From the IMG/VR virus record IMGVR_UViG_3300006802_000415, positions 1-28,135 of that record: a DNA stretch of 28,135 bases, one strand, 5' to 3'. Of this stretch, positions 23,452 through 28,135 are shown piece by piece. The first letter of the stretch is position 1, and every line of letters starts with the position of its first letter. The position numbers and the translations under genes were made by a program. The stretch comes from a virus. Taxonomy: Duplodnaviria > Caudoviricetes. The notes below the pieces were generated by a model, which was not told where the DNA came from, ran no database searches, and was given only the letters and a program-made list of their open reading frames with translations.

Positions 23452-25689
23452 ATGCCTGCGGACAACCTAAGCGTACGGCAGCGGTTTAATGAGATTCTAG
23501 AAGCTTCTAGAACTCAGGATCGCAGCAAACAATCTGCGACTATGGTTGTCCTTAGTCATCTGCAGCAAATGACGCTGCTGATGATGAAAAAGGGTTTGTT
23601 TTTCTACTGCGAGCAGGATACTTACAAGGCCCGCACCAAGTTTTTAGAAGATCTTATCCAGCTGAATCGTCTGGATATCCGATTTCCTTCGATCATTCGT
23701 AATTTTTTGATCGACGGCTGTGGTCTGTTCTATTTCAGACCTGATCCAAAACTGAAATATCAGATTTACTTCTTTAACAAAAATCAATATCGTGTTTATC
23801 ACGACATTAATGGCGAGATCGAAGAAGTTGTAATCATTTACAGTTATAAGATTCGTAATAGCGCTATTGGTCTACCTGCTGAAACTCAAGGCCAAAACAA
23901 GCGTTACGTTCGAATCTCGATTACCAACGATAAAATCACAGAATATGAAGCTAATAGTGAACTGAGCTTTGAGCTTGAGCCCGGCTCCTTAATTACTCCA
24001 AAAAATAGCCGTCCGAACACTCTTGGGTTTATCCCTGCTGTCGAGGTTTTAAACAAACCGAACGCCAGTGGTACTGAAGGTGAAGGGGAGTTTGAGCCCT
24101 TCATGCAACAGATTGTTCTGCACGATCAGATGATGCAGAACATCTCCAAGAACATTGAGTTCTTTGGTAATCCCACGCTCATCAGTTCGCGTCCCCGTAG
24201 TGATCTGGTCGAAGCTTCGGATGCTGATCGTACTTTCCGTCCGACGATCAGCAGTCAAAGCGGTTTTGCTGGTATTGACTCCCCGTCAACTCGTGTTTCC
24301 GAGCCTTTTGGTTCGCAGTCTGGTTTAGGTGGTCTGCGAGTTCCTCGGATCATCGCGAACGTAGAGCCCTCCGACCGCGTGGGCTATATGACTCCAGACC
24401 CCGTTAACAGAGACATGAACCGGTATGCACTCTTATTACGGGAAGAAATCAGAACAGCCTTGGGCGGCGTTGACGAAATATCAATTAGCGCCGGAGCCAC
24501 TGCAACAGAGATTAAAGGGCTTATGGGTCGTGCTCAAGCGACTGCCCTTCGTAAAAATAAGAGTTTTCTGACGTACGGCTTTTGCCGTTTGTTGGAAATG
24601 ATCCTGTACCATCAGGAGCAAATTTTCCGCGAGAGCTTTATTTCGGTTATGGGTCTTACCCCGCCGAAAGAACCGGAAGAACAAACCGAAGAAACTCTTC
24701 TTAAGTACCAAAACAAACTTACGAAGTATGAAGAAAATGTTGATTTAGCGATCCAGGCTGCGCTCGCGGATAACAAAGTTCCGCGTGGTGTTTTCGGTTT
24801 ACCTCCTGACGGTGACCGAACCGTAACTTACAGATTCCAAGGCGATGTGTACGAAGATACTGCGTACGACATCAACCAAAAGTCAATCGTAGTCCGGAAC
24901 TTACAAGAGCTCGGAGTAGATAGTGTCGAAGCTCTGAAGTATTTGTTCCCGGATAAAACCGATCTAGAACGTTCGGAAATGTTGAAGGGATTCCCTTTCC
25001 GAATGATTCAACAAACGCAGGGCGCAATGCAGCAATTCTTGCTACTATTGAACCAGATGCTACAAGCCCCGCATCCTTTAGCCCCTAATCAGCCATTAGC
25101 GGCTGATCCACGGCTAAACCTAACGCCCTTACTTTATAGGACGTTTGACCACCTCGCGCAAGAACTGACTTACTCGGGCAGCTATGAGCCAGCAGATCCC
25201 AGCTTCGATCCCGAGCCCGGTCTCCCCGGCGGTAGCAGCCCCACAGGCGGCGGCCCCGGCGGCGGACCAGGGTTCAACCGCCTACCCGCAATGGGTGGCC
25301 AGTACCCAGGCGGTGCCTTCGGCGACTATGCCCCAAGCGCCGTCGCAGGCACAACAGGCTACGGCCCCTTCTACCAACAACCAGTACAACCAGTCTCCGT
25401 CCGTCTCCTCCCCGAACAACCCGTGGGAAGCAGCGCTAGGCAGCTTGGACCGGATCGTGTCCCGGCTCTCCCCGTCGCCCAGCCAGACAGCACCGTCAGC
25501 GCAACCCCAACTGACGGCGGCGGATATTCAACAACTCAGTCAGCTTTCACAGGCCCAACCGTGGGCTTACCAAGCCCCTACGGCTCAGCCGACCTCCTAC
25601 AACAACGGGTCTACGACCCAAACTTCTTATCCGACTTCTACGGAACAACAGGCTCCAAGCCTAAGTCCCGAAACAACCGCCGTCGTTAA
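23452..25689 (+). CDS. portal protein (probable)
   Basis: Size, position between terL and scaffold/capsid, FIPAVEV.N..GEGEF and SAGATATEI patterns. Confidence 0.75.
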   Translation: MPADNLSVRQRFNEILEASRTQDRSKQSATMVVLSHLQQMTLLMMKKGLFFYCEQDTYKARTKFLEDLIQLNRLDIRFPSIIRNFLIDGCGLFYFRPDPKLKYQIYFFNKNQYRVYHDINGEIEEVVIIYSYKIRNSAIGLPAETQGQNKRYVRISITNDKITEYEANSELSFELEPGSLITPKNSRPNTLGFIPAVEVLNKPNASGTEGEGEFEPFMQQIVLHDQMMQNISKNIEFFGNPTLISSRPRSDLVEASDADRTFRPTISSQSGFAGIDSPSTRVSEPFGSQSGLGGLRVPRIIANVEPSDRVGYMTPDPVNRDMNRYALLLREEIRTALGGVDEISISAGATATEIKGLMGRAQATALRKNKSFLTYGFCRLLEMILYHQEQIFRESFISVMGLTPPKEPEEQTEETLLKYQNKLTKYEENVDLAIQAALADNKVPRGVFGLPPDGDRTVTYRFQGDVYEDTAYDINQKSIVVRNLQELGVDSVEALKYLFPDKTDLERSEMLKGFPFRMIQQTQGAMQQFLLLLNQMLQAPHPLAPNQPLAADPRLNLTPLLYRTFDHLAQELTYSGSYEPADPSFDPEPGLPGGSSPTGGGPGGGPGFNRLPAMGGQYPGGAFGDYAPSAVAGTTGYGPFYQQPVQPVSVRLLPEQPVGSSARQLGPDRVPALPVAQPDSTVSATPTDGGGYSTTQSAFTGPTVGLPSPYGSADLLQQRVYDPNFLSDFYGTTGSKPKSRNNRRR

Positions 25690-26095
25690 TCACTTCGGTA
25701 TCGAGGCTCCTGGTATTCTCAACCAGTACGCCACCGTGCTCGAAGATGCTCTGATTCAGCAGCATCAAGTGTTAGAGGACGTTTCCAATCGCGGGGCTGC
25801 AATGGAAGCTATCCTGACTGACCCTGATCACTTAGCTGACTATACCAACCGTTTCTTCACTGAAGTGTATCCTGTAGACGATCAACAACCTGCTCAGCAG
25901 TACAACCCTCAGTACGATCAGGTTCCCGCCGTGCCCGCTTCCGCCGTGGCCGGTGCCCCTTCCCCTGATGCTGATTCTCAGTGGCAGAACTTCAGCCAGG
26001 TGATGAACCAGAACCCGGAGAACGCTTGGCGTTATCTTTCCAACATGGGTCCTGAAGCTTTCCGTTCTAAGCTTCTGTTCCTGGACAACGCCTGA
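25184..26095 (+). CDS. capsid scaffolding protein (probable)
   Basis: P/Q/S/A-rich disordered N-half, helical C-half, followed by a terminator; lies between portal and capsid. Confidence 0.65.
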   Translation: MSQQIPASIPSPVSPAVAAPQAAAPAADQGSTAYPQWVASTQAVPSATMPQAPSQAQQATAPSTNNQYNQSPSVSSPNNPWEAALGSLDRIVSRLSPSPSQTAPSAQPQLTAADIQQLSQLSQAQPWAYQAPTAQPTSYNNGSTTQTSYPTSTEQQAPSLSPETTAVVNHFGIEAPGILNQYATVLEDALIQQHQVLEDVSNRGAAMEAILTDPDHLADYTNRFFTEVYPVDDQQPAQQYNPQYDQVPAVPASAVAGAPSPDADSQWQNFSQVMNQNPENAWRYLSNMGPEAFRSKLLFLDNA

Positions 26096-26120
26096 GCTAC
26101 ACTATAGTGGTGATGGGGAC

Positions 26121-26154
26121 AAAACCCCGCTTGGAGCGAGCGGGGTTTTTTATT
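26121..26154 (+). terminator. intrinsic terminator, possibly bidirectional
   Basis: AAAACCCCGCTT-GGAGC-GAGCGGGGTTTTTTATT. Confidence 0.85.
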
Positions 26155-26195
26155 GTCTCAGTGTAAGTTACGATTAATTCAGCAGTTTTACAGCT

Positions 26196-26378
26196 ATGCC
26201 GTTCAAATCGGAGGCCCAAAGACGTAAATTTTACGCCATGCAGGAGCGCGGCGAGATTTCGAAGGAGAAGGTGAAGGAGTACGAGGAAAAAACAAAAGGT
26301 AAGCTTCCCGAACGCGTCAAGGCGAAGAAAAAAGCTTCCGAGTATATTAAACGTAAGAAACAGAGCTCAAATGGCTAA
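26196..26378 (+). CDS. small basic phage protein (MPFKSEAQRR family)
   Basis: Widespread MPFKSxxQRR start in head-gene regions. Confidence 0.8.
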   Translation: MPFKSEAQRRKFYAMQERGEISKEKVKEYEEKTKGKLPERVKAKKKASEYIKRKKQSSNG

Positions 26379-26538
26379 TCCTATCGGTCGCCGTAAGCGG
26401 ACTTCTCCTAGCGCAGAGGTAGAAGCGCTCAAAAAAGAACTTTCCGAGCTCAAAGCGGCGTATGAGCGCGACATGGCTTTGATTAGCACCGACATCCAGA
26501 CTTTAAATAACCAAATCGCGCCTGCTACGCCCGAATAA
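26371..26538 (+). CDS. coiled-coil protein, 55 aa (MANPIGRRKRTSPSAEVEALKKEL...)
   Basis: Translated by hand; 8-nt overlap with the upstream stop. Confidence 0.65.
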   Translation: MANPIGRRKRTSPSAEVEALKKELSELKAAYERDMALISTDIQTLNNQIAPATPE

Positions 26539-26568
26539 GGCTACAATATATGTAGTTGGTGTAAATAA

Positions 26569-27318
26569 GTGGGCTACATTCCTTTATCCAACTACAAATA
26601 CGACACAGGATTACACAGACTGCAGAGCGGACCGATCTCTGAGGGTTACATCGTCGTAAGTTCCGGCATCGTAGATACGGGCGCAGATGTAGGCATCGTT
26701 ACACCCGGTCCGATGACTTCTGGGGTGTACTCGACCACCGCGTGGCGAGAAGTTCCGCCTGCTATATCGGGATATTGGACTGATTTTCAAGATTCCGACT
26801 ACCAAGCAAGCGGAGTTCTGAGTGTTTACAACGGTTACAGAGCGTTAAGCGTTACGGCAATCGCCAACGCCAAGGTTCAGACATCTTTAGGCCCCGAATT
26901 TGGGGTCAGAGATGCTGGAAAATATACGTATTTCGGAGGCGCCGCTCCAGATAACCAGGACTACACCCCTTACAACACTCCGGAAGGGAATACTGCGGCT
27001 GAAGGGAAGACGGGAGGTGGGGTTACCCACGGTCGTTACGAAGGTGGCCTCTTAACGAATAGTCTCGGTTCTCAAGGAACAGCTAACAGATCGGAGTGGG
27101 TTTATAACCCTCCTGTTTACTGTAAAACTTATACGGAAACTGTTCGTTCTAGCGTTCCTGGTTTAATGTCCAGCGCTTTAAGATATATTTATCGAGGAGG
27201 TGCGACACGATACGTATCAAATTACGGTTCTATTTATCTTCAAGGTTCTGAGAGTGTACGTAATCTCGTACGTACTTTCAGTCCATCCGTCAATAGCAGC
27301 AATCAAAAATCGTTTTAA
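26569..27318 (+). CDS. putative virion structural protein
   Basis: G/S/Y/T-rich; immediately upstream of the capsid gene; TACAAT at 26543-26548. Confidence 0.65.
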   Translation: MGYIPLSNYKYDTGLHRLQSGPISEGYIVVSSGIVDTGADVGIVTPGPMTSGVYSTTAWREVPPAISGYWTDFQDSDYQASGVLSVYNGYRALSVTAIANAKVQTSLGPEFGVRDAGKYTYFGGAAPDNQDYTPYNTPEGNTAAEGKTGGGVTHGRYEGGLLTNSLGSQGTANRSEWVYNPPVYCKTYTETVRSSVPGLMSSALRYIYRGGATRYVSNYGSIYLQGSESVRNLVRTFSPSVNSSNQKSF

Positions 27319-27398
27319 CGCTAAAAATGCGACATTTTCTCGTAACTTGACCGTTATTTATGGTTAAACTTGTTTTGTAGTTTCTGGAGCTATCGACA

Positions 27399-28135
27399 GT
27401 GTTTGTCGATAATGATTTCCCGAAGCTTCTCGGCGCCGAGCTCTACCGTCCGCACCCCGCGTACGTTGTAGAAATGGCAGCAGAGCCTGTGGTCGTTCAT
27501 GACTTCAGTAAGCAGCCAGGCCAGACTGTGCAGTTAGACCGCTACAGGTTCTGGGGCAATCCGGGAAGCAAAGAATCACGTGAGCGTACTGCTGAGCAGA
27601 CCATCGGTACTGCTAACAGCCGCAACATTGTGAAGGACAAAGTGCTCGTGACTCTTCGCGAGTACACCGGTCCTGCTGACCCGAGTGATCCTACTCAACC
27701 GAGCACCTTCAAGATTGCTCGCGAGACCCTGATCACCGCTCAGCGTCTGCTGCTGGATACCGGCAATCTGACCGCTTTCCACCAGTCGATCGGTTCGCTG
27801 ACTCTGCTCGACGACTACCGTCGTTGGCGCGATCGGGTGTTCATCAATGAACTCCTGAAAGCTGTTTCTAAGGGTCAGGCTTCTGACACCCAAGGTGGTT
27901 ACTACTACCCTGGTGATCTTGCTGTTGGTTCCCTGACCTACAGCAACGCCGAACAGGCTAAGTTCGACGTTAAGGATGACCTGCTCCGCGTGGTTAAGTC
28001 CATGCGTAAGCGGAACGTCCCCACCTACCAGGACGGTTTCTATCGCTGCGTTTGCGATCCCACCTTCCTGATGCACCTGCGTCAGAACAGCGATTTCCGC
28101 GAGGTCGCTCGTTATCCTGGCAACGGTCAGATCAA
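27399..28135 (+). CDS. major capsid protein (5' part; N4-gp56-like family), truncated by the window end
   Basis: GTG start after GGAG; open to the end: MFVDNDFPKLLGAELYRPHPAYVVEMAAEPVVVHDFSKQPGQTVQLDRY...; missing from the ORF track because there is no stop. Confidence 0.88.
   Translation, partial: MFVDNDFPKLLGAELYRPHPAYVVEMAAEPVVVHDFSKQPGQTVQLDRYRFWGNPGSKESRERTAEQTIGTANSRNIVKDKVLVTLREYTGPADPSDPTQPSTFKIARETLITAQRLLLDTGNLTAFHQSIGSLTLLDDYRRWRDRVFINELLKAVSKGQASDTQGGYYYPGDLAVGSLTYSNAEQAKFDVKDDLLRVVKSMRKRNVPTYQDGFYRCVCDPTFLMHLRQNSDFREVARYPGNGQI

Noticed and set aside
7179-24711. Numerous antisense or nested track ORFs within recognised enzyme and structural genes
   Set aside because: No motifs; each overlaps a gene with a clear family signature or better operon fit.
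27576-28076. 166-aa minus-strand ORF
   Set aside because: Antisense shadow of the major capsid gene, which is open on the plus strand from 27399 to the window end.

Overview
Part of a tailed dsDNA phage genome, most likely a cyanophage. Support for that: an NtcA-type box, a DUF4278-like gene, a tRNA-Leu(UAA), cyanobacterial-style boxA motifs, and a capsid N-terminus that recalls S-EIV1-type Synechococcus phages (from memory, unverified). 1-4920: a minus-strand operon of about 16 small hypothetical 'early' genes, punctuated by two repeat families (a CTGTAACTAAYCCAA box and GC-GRA-GC hairpins). 4920-6120: non-coding, with an ~820-nt highly base-paired minus-strand leader RNA carrying two boxA-like motifs, its sigma70-like promoter, and an ~80-bp alternating purine/pyrimidine tract (possible terminus or origin). 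6160-12720: accessory genes (DUF4278-like, tRNA-Leu, dCMP deaminase, HTH regulator, glycosyl- and methyltransferases). 12720-28135: morphogenesis genes (putative internal virion proteins, TerL, portal, scaffold, major capsid running off the window end), interleaved with more carbohydrate-active enzymes. The most novel-looking element is the large leader RNA, one arm of which is complementary to the box repeated between the downstream early genes. Family assignments rest on motif recognition by eye; no searches were run.
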